DNA from: Chiloscyllium plagiosum
Lineage: Eukaryota
Assembly: GCF_004010195.1 (NCBI RefSeq)
Contig: NC_057712.1
Coordinates: forward strand, 85,392,886-85,456,885
DNA length: 64,000 bases
Reading direction: 5' to 3'
Positions 13,022 to 25,770 of the stretch are shown here, one piece after another; positions within the stretch are counted from its first letter, which is position 1; each line of letters opens with the position of its first letter. Position numbers and translations under genes: made by a program. The notes below the pieces were generated by a model, which ran no database searches, had not been told where the DNA came from, and worked only from the letters and a program-made list of their open reading frames with translations.

Positions 13022-13213
13022 TGTAGTTCAGGTGGTGGATGAAGTTGTAGATTCATTCAACAAGTCGATGTGTTTTTCTGCTGATGTTTCGTCACCTCGC
13101 TAGATGACGTCGTCAGTGCGCTTCCGGTGAAGCATTGGTGGTCTGTCTCATCTGGTATTTATGTGTCTCTGTTTTCTGGTACCTCTGTTTCTGTATCTGA
13201 ACACGGTGTACAC
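13022..13213 (-). mobile_element. Inverted pseudo-LTR of the Penelope-like element at 13656-14762
   Basis: Reverse complement of ~14590-14760 (ctggtattta/taaataccag, gtcagtgcgc/gcgcactga). Confidence 0.8.
13078..13119 (-). ncRNA. Hammerhead ribozyme motif (minimal type I, Penelope pLTR), stem I degraded
   Basis: Minus strand gca CTGACGA c GTCATCT agcg AGGTGAC GAAA c ATC agc. Confidence 0.6.
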
Positions 13214-13217
13214 CAAT

Positions 13218-13655
13218 GGGGTGGTACGGTGGCTCGGTGGCATGATGCCTCACAGCGCCAGAGACCCAGGTTCAATTCCAGCCTTGGGTGACTGGCTGTG
13301 TAGAGTTTGCACATTCTCCCTGTGTCTGTGTGGCTTTCCTTCGGGTGTTCAGGTTTCCTCCTACAATCCAAAGATGTGTAGGTCAGGTAAATTGGCCAGG
13401 CTAAATTGTGTTCAGGGATGTGTAGATCAGGTGCACTGATCAAAGCAATTATAAAATCTGTCATTTTTCAATTTAGCGACACACTGTCTCACAAAATAGA
13501 TGTGAGACTCAGGATATGTCACACATATCCTGAAAATACAGGGCAAATATAGGATAATAGGGTAGGGGAATGGGTCTGTGTGGGATTCTCTTTGGAAGGT
13601 CGTTATGGGTTTGTTGGGCTGAAGGGCCTGTTTCCACACAGTCGGGATTCTATGA
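13218..13655 (+). mobile_element. HE1-like V-SINE carrying a 102-bp foreign insert (13440-13541)
   Basis: tRNA-like head (ggtggctcggtgg...ggttcaattcc), V-domain gagtttgcacattctccctgtgtctg, and CR1-shared tail gaagggcctgtttccacac. Confidence 0.9.
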
Positions 13656-14762
13656 ATGGGGTCCCCGATATCAAGACTGATAGCAGAAGCAGTTAATACC
13701 TCATTTGGAATAGCCAGCCCTCCCCACCATCCAACCCAAACTCTGGATCTGGTATGTAGATGACACCTTTGTCATTATTAAACATACACAACTGGAAGAA
13801 ACCAAACAGCATATCAATAATATCTTCACTGGAATAAAGTTCACTAAAGAAAAGGAGAACAACAGCTGACTCCCCTTCTTGGACATATTAATGGAACGCA
13901 CACCTACTGGGGAACTCCAGACCAGTGTGTAAAGGAAGAACACGCATACTGACCAGATACTGAACTATAACAGCAACCACTTCAGTAGCCACAAACAAAG
14001 CTGCATTAGAACACTTTTTAAATGAGCAAGGACACTACAGCAACCCAGAACTCCAGAGGGCATAACAAGAGCACTTACTCAATGGATTTAAACAGAATAG
14101 TTTCCCCAAAATCACTATCACTGGTACTTGTGCAACAAACCTAAAGAAGAAAACGTGACACAGTCAGACGTAATAGTAACCATACCGTACATCAATTACA
14201 TATTAGAAATGACTAGTCGATTATTCAGACCCCTAGCAATTATAGTGGCCCACAAAACCAGTAAACACCTTTCACCAGCTCCTCACAAAAGTTAAAAACC
14301 CAACACCCACATCCAACAGGACGAACGTAACCTCCAAGGTACCCTGCAAAGACTATAAAAAACACCACATTGGACAAACAGGATGAAAATGAACTAGGCG
14401 AGAGTATGAACATCAGCTTGCCACTGCCAGACATGACCAGTACACTCTAATTTCCACCCATACAGACAATGAAAGACAAAAATTCAACTGTGACAATGTA
14501 ACCACCCTAGCACAGAGACATGCCAGAGAATTCTTGAAGCCTAACATTCCAACTGGAACTCAATCAATAAGCATATTGAACTTGATCCCAGATACAAACC
14601 TCTCAGATACTGAACCAGAAGTACCATAAAACGGAGACATGTAAATACCAGGCAATACAGACCACCAACGCTTCACCAGAGGCGCACTGATAATGTCACC
14701 TAGTGGGGTGACGAAATGTCTGAAGAAAAACACATCTGCTCGGCGAACAAATTTGCAACCTT
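13656..14762 (+). mobile_element. 5'-truncated Penelope-like element (RT C-half, GIY-YIG, pLTR), decayed
   Basis: MGSPISRLIAEAV, PKLWIWYVDDTFVIIK, VPCKDYKKHHIGQTG; pLTR carries a mutated hammerhead (CTGATAA...GTCAC/GTGAC GAAA) at 14684-14723. Confidence 0.9.
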
Positions 14763-17700
14763 TGTGATTACATATTTATAATCTGCTTGCAAAGCAGATT
14801 ATCTTATAAGGTGATCATCCAACTGACCAGTGCAAGAATCCCAAAAAGCAATTGTGATCCATAGATTTAGTATAGGCTGTACGTTTTGCAACCTTACCTT
14901 TAACAGATCTTAAATCACTTATGCAGTTCGATAAAAGTATAAAAAATAGATTAGTTGCATCTTAACGCCCAATAACGTTTGCTTGATGTTAGGTATTCTT
15001 TTTGGTCTTAATATTTCTGGTTTCCACTGTAATTTTCTCTGCTGTTTTACCCAGGAACCTGCTTTAAAACATCACACTCATTTTCCCATTTTCCACCATC
15101 TCCAGCACTTCCCATTACAGCACTGTCCTCTAACATGTAGACATACTCCCAACATGATAATGCTTACTTACATATAACTTGGTGAAAAGACTGGATTTTG
15201 ATTTCCATTCTAATTTTTTTTCAATGGTTGTGTTTCACCATGGTATTAGTGACCATGGTATTGTGAGGGAAGTGGTAAAGGAATTCAACAAGCTCTAAGA
15301 AATACAAACAGAAAACACTGCAAATATACAGCACACCTGGCAGCATCAGAGGAGAGATAAACTGAGATAAATGGGCAGAATCTATAGAGGTTTAAGACAC
15401 ATGGACCAAGGTGGGGCGTGTGACTGAAACAGCTGAGAAGTCCATCAAGGCACATCTTGACATTGGGAGCAACTTGCACATCATTTATGCTTTTGACAGG
15501 TAGTGTGACATGTTCTTGTTTGGATGTGGGGAGTTGTCAATTGAATAATTATTGCTTGATGACACAATACTGCTCACTAATACTCAACCTCCATCTTATC
15601 AAACTTGACTAACAAGCTAATGATTGGGAAAACGCGACATGGAAATTACGGCATGTACTTAGCGAATTTCAGCTTGCTGCTTGTTCTAAGCAACTTCCAT
15701 ATGGTCCGTGGAGTAACTGCAGCCTGGGGCACAATCCACCTGCCACACACCCACACACTTCATCACAAACATTGGCATGTGGCATATGGCAACCCTTTAC
15801 AATGATCCTAGTATCTGGCAGTGCACCCTGAAGCACGGAGTTCAATTGCAGGGCACACTGGAATTAGCATTGAAAAACTGCAGTGGGGACTGTTTGAGCT
15901 GGTGCCTGTGCACTCAGACTGGTGCAGACACCATCGCATGGCTCACTTGCTCAGTTAGCACTATCCACATGCTGGAGCTGTCCAAGTCTTGTCTTTATTT
16001 ATTATTAATTCTGCAGTATGACTTTCTATAGGATGAATTTTTAATTCATTAATTATTTCCTTCTTTAAATATTAACAGAAAATAAGTTTAAATCAGTAGT
16101 TTGTTACTAACTTAATATTTCTTAGCTAACAAAGGATTGTGGATCAATCCCCTTGGAATTTCATTTTTATTTGTTGTAATGTAGCTATTCTACAAGTTCT
16201 GAAATATCTCCCTAACTCTTTGTCAATTCATCTCCATGGATCAATCCTTTAACCGGGTTTGCAAATTCACGTTACTCAGCACTGCTGTCAGGCCCACATT
16301 ACTGCTCCAATTTGGATTTCTTTGGAATTCCCAACCACCGTTTTCTCCCTCAGATGAAAAGTAAACTTCTATGATATAATGGCTGCTGCGACCTGGGGAT
16401 GCCTTCACTATGAGATCATGAATTAACCCTCTCACTTCTGGCAAGATGGTGACAGAGTAAGAAGTTCATTATGGAGCTCCTCAGGTGCCCTCTGTTCTTT
16501 TCCGTATTTTTCTTGTTTTTTACTCTCTTTTTCCCACCCCTTAGCCCCAGAGGCGAATACTGCAGCACAGCACATGAGGGGGAGGGGGAGAGGGTGGAGG
16601 TGGGGGCGACTCCCGGAGTTAAAAGCAGCATGTGTGCAGAGAACCTGGAACAGCAGTGTGTGGGGAACGGGTCAGGAGCAGCAGTGTGTGGGCAATGGGT
16701 CTGGAACAGCAGTGTGTGGGCAACGGGTCTGGAACAGCAGTGTGTGGGAAGTGGGTCTGGAACAGCAGTGTGTGGGCACTGAGTCTGGAACAGCAGTGCG
16801 TGAGCAGTGGGTCTAGAACAGCAGTGTGTGGGAAGTAGGTCTGGAACAGCAGTGTGTGGGCAGTGGGTCTGGAACAGCAGTGTGTGGGCAGTGAGTCTGG
16901 AGCAGCAGTGTGTGGGCAATGGGTCCTGGAACAGCCGTGTGTGGGCAGTTGCTCTAGAACAGTAGTGTGTGGACAGTGAGTCAGGAACAGCAGTGTGTCG
17001 GCAGTGGGTCTGGAACAGCAGTGTGTGGGCAGTGGGTCTGGAGCAGCACTGTGTGGGCAGTGAGTCCTGGAACATCCGTGTGTGGGCAGTGGGTCTGGAA
17101 CAGCAGTGTGTGGGCAGTGGATCTGGGACAGCAGTGTGTGGACAGTGAGTCCTGGAACATCCGTGTGTGGGCAGTGGGTCTGGAACAGCAGTGTGTGGGT
17201 AGAGGGTCTGGAACAGCAGTGTGCGGGCAGTGGGTGTGGAACAGCAGTGCGTGGGAAATGGGACTGGAACAGCAATGTGTGGGCAGTGGGTCTAGAACAG
17301 CAGTGTGTGGGCAGTGGGTCTAGAACAGCAATGTGTGGGCAGTGGGTCCTGGAACAGCAGTGTGCGGACAGTGGATCTGGAACAGCAGTGTGTGGACAGT
17401 GAATAAGGAACAGCAGTGTGTGGGCAATGAGTCCTGGAACAGGAGTGTGTGGGTAGAGGGTCTGGAACAGCAGTGTGCGGGCAGTGGGTCTGGAACAGCA
17501 GTGCGTGGGAAATGGGTCTAGAAAAGCAGTGTGTGGGAAGTAGGTCTGGAACAGCAGTGTGTGGGCAGTAGTCTGGAACAGCAGTGTGTGGGCAATGGGT
17601 CTAGAACAGCAGTGTGTGGGAAGTAGGTCTGGAACAGCAGTGTGTGGGCAGTGAGTCTGGAGCAGCACAGTGTGTGCAGTGGGTCCTGGAACAGCCATGT

Positions 17701-17890
17701 GTGGGCAGTGGGTCTGGAACAGCAGTGTGCGGACAGTGGGTCTGGAACAGCAGTGTGCGGGCAGTGGGTCTGGAGCAGCACAGTGTGGGCAGTGGGTCCT
17801 GGAACATCGGTGTGTGGGCAGTGAGTCTGGAACAGCAGTGTTTTGACAGTAGGTTTGGAACAACACTGTCGGCAGTGAGCCTGGAACAGT

Positions 17891-18210
17891 GTTAGAATTA
17901 GAATTAGAACCCTACATTATGGAAACTGGCCCTTTAAGCTGAAAAAGTCCACACTGACCCTCCGAAAAGTATCCCACTCCGACCAAGTCCGCTATCCTAT
18001 TATGCTGCATTTCCCCTGACTAATGTCCCTCACCTATACATCCGAAAACACTGTGCGCAATTTATTGTGGCCAATTCACAAAACCTACACACCTTTGGAC
18101 TGTGGAAGAATGCCGGAGCATCCAAAGGCAACCCACACAGACACAGGGAGAATATGCAAGCTCCCTGGTGCTGTGAGGCAGCAATGCTATCCGTTGACCA
18201 CCATGCTGCA
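17891..18210 (-). mobile_element. HE1-like V-SINE inserted in the satellite
   Basis: (TTAGAA)n tail, ggaaactggccc, ttggactgtgg, acccacacagacacagggagaat, ctgtgaggcagca. Confidence 0.85.
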
Positions 18211-18302
18211 GTCTGTGGGTAGTGCATCTGGAGCAGCAGTGTGTTGGCAGTGAGTCTGGAGCATTAATCTATCGGCAATAAGCCTGGAAGAGTAGTGTGT
18301 GG

Positions 18303-18802
18303 NNNNNNNNNNNNNNNNNNNNNNNNNNNNNNNNNNNNNNNNNNNNNNNNNNNNNNNNNNNNNNNNNNNNNNNNNNNNNNNNNNNNNNNNNNNNNNNNNN
18401 NNNNNNNNNNNNNNNNNNNNNNNNNNNNNNNNNNNNNNNNNNNNNNNNNNNNNNNNNNNNNNNNNNNNNNNNNNNNNNNNNNNNNNNNNNNNNNNNNNNN
18501 NNNNNNNNNNNNNNNNNNNNNNNNNNNNNNNNNNNNNNNNNNNNNNNNNNNNNNNNNNNNNNNNNNNNNNNNNNNNNNNNNNNNNNNNNNNNNNNNNNNN
18601 NNNNNNNNNNNNNNNNNNNNNNNNNNNNNNNNNNNNNNNNNNNNNNNNNNNNNNNNNNNNNNNNNNNNNNNNNNNNNNNNNNNNNNNNNNNNNNNNNNNN
18701 NNNNNNNNNNNNNNNNNNNNNNNNNNNNNNNNNNNNNNNNNNNNNNNNNNNNNNNNNNNNNNNNNNNNNNNNNNNNNNNNNNNNNNNNNNNNNNNNNNNN
18801 NN
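18303..18802. other. Assembly gap (N run)
   Basis: Run of N. Confidence 1.
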
Positions 18803-21800
18803 GTATGTGGGCAGTGAGTCCTGGAACATCACTGTATGGGCAGTGAGTCCTGGAACAGCAGTGTGTGGGCAGTAAATCTGAAAGAGCAGACTGTGGGCAG
18901 TGAGTCCTCGAACATCAAGGTGTGGGCAGTGAGTCTGGAACAGCAGTGTTTGGGCAGTGAGTTCTGGAACTGCAGTGTGTGGGCAGTGAGTCCTCGAGCA
19001 GCAGTGTGTGGGCAGTGAGTTCTGGAACTGCAGTGTGTGGGCAGTGAGTCCTCGAGCAGCAGTGTGTGGGCAGTGAGTCTGAAACAGCACCGTGTGTGTA
19101 GTGAGTCCTGGAACAGCAGTGTCCGGGCAGTGAGTCTGAAAGAGCAGAGTGTGGGCAGTGAGTCCTGGAACAGCAGTGTTTGAGCAGTGAGTCTGGAACA
19201 GCAGTGTGTGCGCAGTGAGTCATAGAACAGCAATGTATGGGCAGTGAGTCCGGAACAGCAGTGTTTGGGCAGTGAGTTCTGGAAAAGAAGTGTGTGGGAA
19301 GTGAGTCCTCGAGCAGCAGTGTGTAGGCAGTGTGTCTGGAACAGCAGTGTGTGGGCAGTGAGTCTGGAACAGCAGTGTGTGGGCAGTCAGTCCTCGAGCA
19401 GCAATGTGTGGGTAGTAAGACCTTGTACAGCAGTGTGTAGGCAGGTGAGTCCTGGCTCACTGCCAACACACTGCCAACACACTGCAGTGTTTGGGTGTGA
19501 ATCTGGAACAGCAGTGTGTGGGCAGTGCGTCCAGGAACAGCAGTGTGTGGGCAGTGAATCCCGGAATACCAGTATTTGGGCAGTGAGTCTGGAACAGCAG
19601 TGTGTTGGCAGTGAGTCATGGAACAGCAATGTGTGGGCAGTGAGTCTGGAACAGCAGTGTTTGGGCAGTGAGTTCTGGAACAAAACGTGTGTGGGCAGTG
19701 AGTCCACAAGCAGCAGTGTGTGGGCAGTGAGTCCTGGTACAGCAGTGTGTGGGCAGTGTGTCCGGGAGCAGCAGTGTTTGGGTGTGAGTCTAGAACAGCA
19801 GTATGTGGGCAGTGAGTCAGGTACAGCAGTGTGTGGGCAGTGAGTTCTGAAACAGCAGTATGTGGGCAGTGATTCCTGGAACAGCAGTATGTTGGCAGTG
19901 TGTCTGGAACAGCAGTGTGTGGGCAGTGAGTCCTGGAACAGCAGGGTTTGGGCACTGAGCCTGGAACAGCATTTTGTGGGCAGTCAGTCCTCGAGCGGCA
20001 GTGTGTAGGCAGGGTGTCCTCTAACAGCAGTGTCTTGGCAGTGAGTCTGAAACAGCAGTTTGTGGGCAGTGATTCTTGGTACAGCAGTGTGTGGGCAGTG
20101 AGTCCCGGAACAGCACTTTGTGGGCAATGAGTCCAAGAACAGCAGTGTGTGGGCAGTGAGTCTGGAAGAGCAGTGTATGGGCAGTGAGTCCTGGATCAGC
20201 AGTGTGCGGGCAGTGAGTCTGGAACAGCAGTGTATGGGCAGTGAGTCCTGGAACAGCAGTGTGTGTGCAGTGAGTCTGGAACAGCAGTGTATGGGCAGTG
20301 AATCCTGGAATAGCAGTATTTGGGCAGTGAGTCTGGAACAGCAGTTTGTGGGCAGTGAGTCATGGAACAGCAATGTGTGGGCAGTGAGTCTGGAACAGCA
20401 GTGTTTGGGCAGTGAGTTCTGGAAAAAAAGTGTGTGGGCAGTGAGTCCTCGAGCAGCAGTGTATGGGCAGTGAGTCCTGGTACAGCAGTGTGTGGGCAGT
20501 GTGTCCGGGAGCAGCAGTGTTTGGGTGTGAGTCTAGAACAGCAGTGTGTGGGCAGTGAGTCTGGAACAGCAGTGTGTGGGCAGTGAGTCCAGGTACAGAA
20601 GTGTGTGGGTACTGAATCCTGGAACAGCAATGTGTGGGCAGTGAGTCTTGGAGCAGCAGTGTTTGGGCAGTGCGTCTGAAACAGTAGTGTGTGGGCAGTG
20701 ATTCCTGGAACAGCAATGTGCAGGCAGGGAATCCTGGAAAAGCAGTGTTTGGGCAGAGAGCCCTGGAACATCACTGTATGGGCAGTGAGTCCTGGAACAT
20801 CACTGTATGGGCAGTGAGTCTGGAACATCACTGTATGGGCAGTGATTCTTGGAACAGCAGTGTGTGGGCAGTGAGTCTGAAAGAGCAGAGTGTGGGCAGT
20901 GAGTCCTGGAACATCAAAGTGTGGGCAGTGAGTCTGGAACAGCAGTGTTTGGGCAGTGAGTTCTGGAACAGCAGTGTGTGGGCAGTGAGTCCTCGAGCAG
21001 CAGTGTGTGGGCAGGATGTCCTCTAACAGCAGTGTCTAGACAGTGAGTCTGGAACAGCAGTTTGTGGGCAGTGATTCTTGGAACAGCAGTGTGTGGGCAG
21101 TGATTCCCTAACAGCACTTTGTGGGCAGTGAGTCCAAGAACAACAGTGTGTGGGCAGTGAGTCTGGAAGAGCAGTGTCTGGGCAGTGAGTCCTGGAACAG
21201 CAGTGTGTGGGCAGTGCGTCCAGGAACAGCAGTGTGTGGGCAGTGAATCCTGGAATACCAGTATTTGGGCAGTGAGTCTGGAACAGCAGTGTGTTGGCAG
21301 TGAGTTATGGAACAGCAATGTGTGGGCAGTGAGTCTGGAACAGCAGTGTTTGGGCAGTGAGTTCTGGAAAAGCACTATATTGGCAGTGAGTCTGGAACAG
21401 CAGTGTTTGGACACTGAGTCCTCGAACAGCAGTGTTTGGGCAGTGAGTCTGGAACGCAGTGTGTGGGCAGTGAGTCTGGAACAGCAGTGTGTCGGCAGTC
21501 AGTCCTCGAGCAGCAGTGTGTGGGCAGTGAGTCCTGGTACAGAAATGTGTGGGCATTGAATCCTGGAACAGCAGTGTGTGGGCAGTGAATCCTGAAACAC
21601 CAGTGTGCGGGCAGTGAATCCTGAAAAAGCAGTGTTTGGGCAGTGAGCCCTGGAACATCACTGTATGGGCAGTGAGTCCTGGAACAGCAATGTGTGGGCT
21701 GTGAGTCTCGAACAGCAGTACGTTGGCAGTGAGTCTGGAACAGCAGTGTGTGGGCAGTGAGTCCTGGAACAGCACTATATTGGCAGTGAGTCTGGAACAG

Positions 21801-24800
21801 CAGTGTTTGGACACTGAGTCCTCGAACAGCAGTCTGTGGGCAGTGAGAACTTGTACAGCAGTGTGTGGGCAGTGAGTCCTGGAACAGCAGTGTTTGGGTA
21901 GTGAGACTGGAACTGCAGTGTTTGGGCAGTGAGTCTGGAACAGCAGTATGTTGGCAGTGAGTCTGGAACAGCAGTTTGTGGGCAGTGAGTCCTGGAACAA
22001 CAATGTGTGGGCATTGGGTCCTGGAACAGCAGTGTGTGGGCAGTGAGTTTGGAACAGCAGTGTTTCGGCAGTGAGTCTGGAACAGCAGTGTGTGGGCAGT
22101 GAGTCTCGAACAGCAGTGTTTGGGCAGTGAGTCTGGAACAGCAGTATGTTGGCAGTGAGTCTGGAACAGCAGTTTGTGGGCAGTGAGTCCTGGAACAACA
22201 ATGTGTGGGCATTGGGTCCTGGAACAGCAGTGTGTGGGCAGTGAGTCTGGAACAGCAGTGTGTGGGCTGTGAGTCCTGGAACAGCAGTGTGTGGGCAGTG
22301 AGTCTGGAACAGCAGTGTGTGTGCAGTGTGTCCAGGAACACCAGTGTGTGGGCAGTGAGTCTGGAACAGCAGTGTGTGGGCACTGAGTCATGGAACAGCA
22401 ATGTGTGGGCAGTGAGTCTGGAACAGCAGTGTTTGGGCAGTGAGTTCTGGAAAAAAGTGTTTGGGCAGGTGTGGGCAGTGAGTCCTCGAGTAGCAGTGTG
22501 TGGGCAGTGAGTCCTGGTACAGCAGTGTGTGGGCAGTGTGTCCGGGAGCAGCAGTGTTTGGGTGTGAGTCTAGAACAGCAGTATGAGGGCAGTGTGTTCT
22601 GAAACAACAGTATGTGGGCAGTGACTCCTGGAACAGCAGTATGTTGGCAGTGAGTCTGGAACAGCAATGTGTGGGCAGTGAGTCCTGGAACAGCATTGTG
22701 TGGGCAGTCAGTCCTCGAGCGGCAGTGTGTGGGCAGGGTGTCCTCTAACAGCAGTGTCTAGGCAGTGAGTCCGGAACAGCAGTTTGTGGGCAGTGATTCT
22801 TGGAACAGCAGTGTGTGGGCAGTGAGTCTCGAACAGCAGTGTTTGGGCAATGAGTCTGGAACAGCAGTATGTTGGCAGTGAGTCTGGAACAGCAGTTTGT
22901 GGACAGTGAGTCCTGGAACAACAATGTGTGAGCATTGGGTCCTGGAACAGCAGTGTGTGGGCAGTGAGTCTGGAACAGCAGTGTTTGGGCAGTGAGTCCT
23001 GGAACAGCAGTGTGTGGGCAGTGAGTCTGGAACAGCAGTATATTGGCAGTGAGTCCTGGAACAGCACTATATTGGCAGTGAGTCTGGAACAGCAGTGTTT
23101 GGACACTGAGTCCTCGAACAGCAGTGTTTGGGCAGTGAGTCTGGAATGCAGTGTGTGGGCAGTGAGTCTGGAACAGCAGTGTGTCGGCAGTCATTCCTCG
23201 AGCAGAAGTGTGTGGGCAGTGAGACCTTGTACAGCAGTGTGTAGGCAGGTGAGTCCTGGCACAGCAGTGTTTGGGTGTGAGTCTGGAACAGCAGTGTGTG
23301 GGCAGTGCGTCCAGGAACAGCAGTGTGTGGGCAGTGAGTCTGGAACAGCAGTGTGTGGGCAGTGAATCCTGGAATAGCAGTATTTGGGCAGTGAGTCTGG
23401 AACAGCAGTGTGTGGGCAGTGAGTCATGGAACAGGAATGTGTGGGCAGTGAGTCTGGAACAGCAGTGTTTGGGCAGTGAGTTCTGGTACAGCAGTGTGCG
23501 GGCAGTGAATCCTGGAAAAGCAGTGTGTGGGCAGTGATTCCTGGAACAGGACTGTGTGGGCAGTGAGTTCAGGAAAAGCAGTGTGTGGGCAGTGAGTCTG
23601 GAAGAGCAGTGTATGTGCAGTGATTCCTGGAACAGCAGTGTTTGGGTAGTGAGTCTGGAACAGTAGTCTCTGGGTGTGAATCTAGAACAGCAATGTGTGG
23701 GCAGTGAGGCTGGAAGAGCAGTGTGTGGCCTGGGGGTCCTGGAACATCAGTGTGTGGCCAGTGACTCTCGAGCAGCAGTGTGTTGGCAGTGAGTCTGGAA
23801 CAGAACTGTGTGGGCAGTGAGTCCTGAAACAGCAGTGTGTGGGCTGTGAGTTCTGGAGCAGAAGTGTGTGGGCAGTGAGTCCTGGAACTGCAGTGTTTGG
23901 GCAGTGAGTCTGGAACTGCAGTGTTTGGGCAGTGAGTCTGGAACAGCAGTGTGTTGGCAGTGAGACTGGAACAGCAGTGTGTGGGCAGTGAGTCCTGGTA
24001 CAGCAGTGTGTGGGCAGTGTGTCTGAAACAGCAGTGTGTGGGCAGTCAGCTGTCGAGCAGCAGTGTGTGGGCAGGGTGTCATCTAACAGCAGTGTGTAGG
24101 CAGAGAGTCCTGGAACAGCAGTGTTTGGGTGTGAGTCTAGAACAGCAGTGTGTGGGCAGTGTGTCCTGGAACAGCAGTGTGTGGGCAGTGTGTCCTGGAA
24201 CAGCAGTGTGTGGGCAGTGAGTCCCGGAAGAGCAGTGTGTGGGCATTGAGTCCTGGAACAGCAGTGTTTGGGCAGTGAGTCTGGAACAGTAGTCTCTGGG
24301 TGTGAATCTAGAACAGCAGTGTGTGGGCAGTGAGTCTGGAAGAGCAGTGTCCGGTCAATGAGTCTGGAACATCAGTGTGTGGGCAGTCAGTCCTCGAGCA
24401 GGAGTGTGTGGGCAGTGAGTCCTGGAACAGCAGTGTGTTGGTAGTGAGTCTGGAACAGCAGTGTGTGGGCAGTGTGTCTGGAACATCAGTGTGTGGGCAG
24501 TGAGTCCTGGTACAGAAGTGTGTGGGCTGTGAATCCTGGAACAGCAGTGTGTGGGCAGCGCTTCTGGAACATCAGTGTGTGGGCAGTGAGTTCTGGAACA
24601 GCAGTGTGTTGGCAGTGAGTCTGGACCAGCAGTGTGTGGACAGTGAGTCCTGGAACAGCAGTGTGTGGGCAGTGAGTCCTGGTACAGAGGTGTGGGGCAG
24701 TGAGTATGGAACAGCAGTGTGTGGGCAGTGAGTCCTGGTACAGAAGTGTGTGGGCTGTGAATCCTGGAACAGCAGTGTGTGGGCAGTGAGTCCTGGTACA

Positions 24801-24871
24801 GAAGTGTGTGGGCTGTGAATCCTGGAACAGCAGTGTGTGGGCAGTGAGTCCTGGTACAGAAGTGTGTGGGC

Positions 24872-25770
24872 NNNNNNNNNNNNNNNNNNNNNNNNNNNNN
24901 NNNNNNNNNNNNNNNNNNNNNNNNNNNNNNNNNNNNNNNNNNNNNNNNNNNNNNNNNNNNNNNNNNNNNNNNNNNNNNNNNNNNNNNNNNNNNNNNNNNN
25001 NNNNNNNNNNNNNNNNNNNNNNNNNNNNNNNNNNNNNNNNNNNNNNNNNNNNNNNNNNNNNNNNNNNNNNNNNNNNNNNNNNNNNNNNNNNNNNNNNNNN
25101 NNNNNNNNNNNNNNNNNNNNNNNNNNNNNNNNNNNNNNNNNNNNNNNNNNNNNNNNNNNNNNNNNNNNNNNNNNNNNNNNNNNNNNNNNNNNNNNNNNNN
25201 NNNNNNNNNNNNNNNNNNNNNNNNNNNNNNNNNNNNNNNNNNNNNNNNNNNNNNNNNNNNNNNNNNNNNNNNNNNNNNNNNNNNNNNNNNNNNNNNNNNN
25301 NNNNNNNNNNNNNNNNNNNNNNNNNNNNNNNNNNNNNNNNNNNNNNNNNNNNNNNNNNNNNNNNNNNNNNNNNNNNNNNNNNNNNNNNNNNNNNNNNNNN
25401 NNNNNNNNNNNNNNNNNNNNNNNNNNNNNNNNNNNNNNNNNNNNNNNNNNNNNNNNNNNNNNNNNNNNNNNNNNNNNNNNNNNNNNNNNNNNNNNNNNNN
25501 NNNNNNNNNNNNNNNNNNNNNNNNNNNNNNNNNNNNNNNNNNNNNNNNNNNNNNNNNNNNNNNNNNNNNNNNNNNNNNNNNNNNNNNNNNNNNNNNNNNN
25601 NNNNNNNNNNNNNNNNNNNNNNNNNNNNNNNNNNNNNNNNNNNNNNNNNNNNNNNNNNNNNNNNNNNNNNNNNNNNNNNNNNNNNNNNNNNNNNNNNNNN
25701 NNNNNNNNNNNNNNNNNNNNNNNNNNNNNNNNNNNNNNNNNNNNNNNNNNNNNNNNNNNNNNNNNNNNNN
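24872..25770. other. Assembly gap (N run)
   Basis: Run of N. Confidence 1.

Noticed and set aside
13218-13290. tRNA genes at SINE heads (also 4845, 36870-36936, 62880-62950)
   Set aside because: They run directly into SINE bodies and do not form full cloverleaves.
13440-13541. Mini-Helitron interpretation of the double-hairpin insert
   Set aside because: It starts with TC after an A but lacks a CTRR 3' end and a following T.
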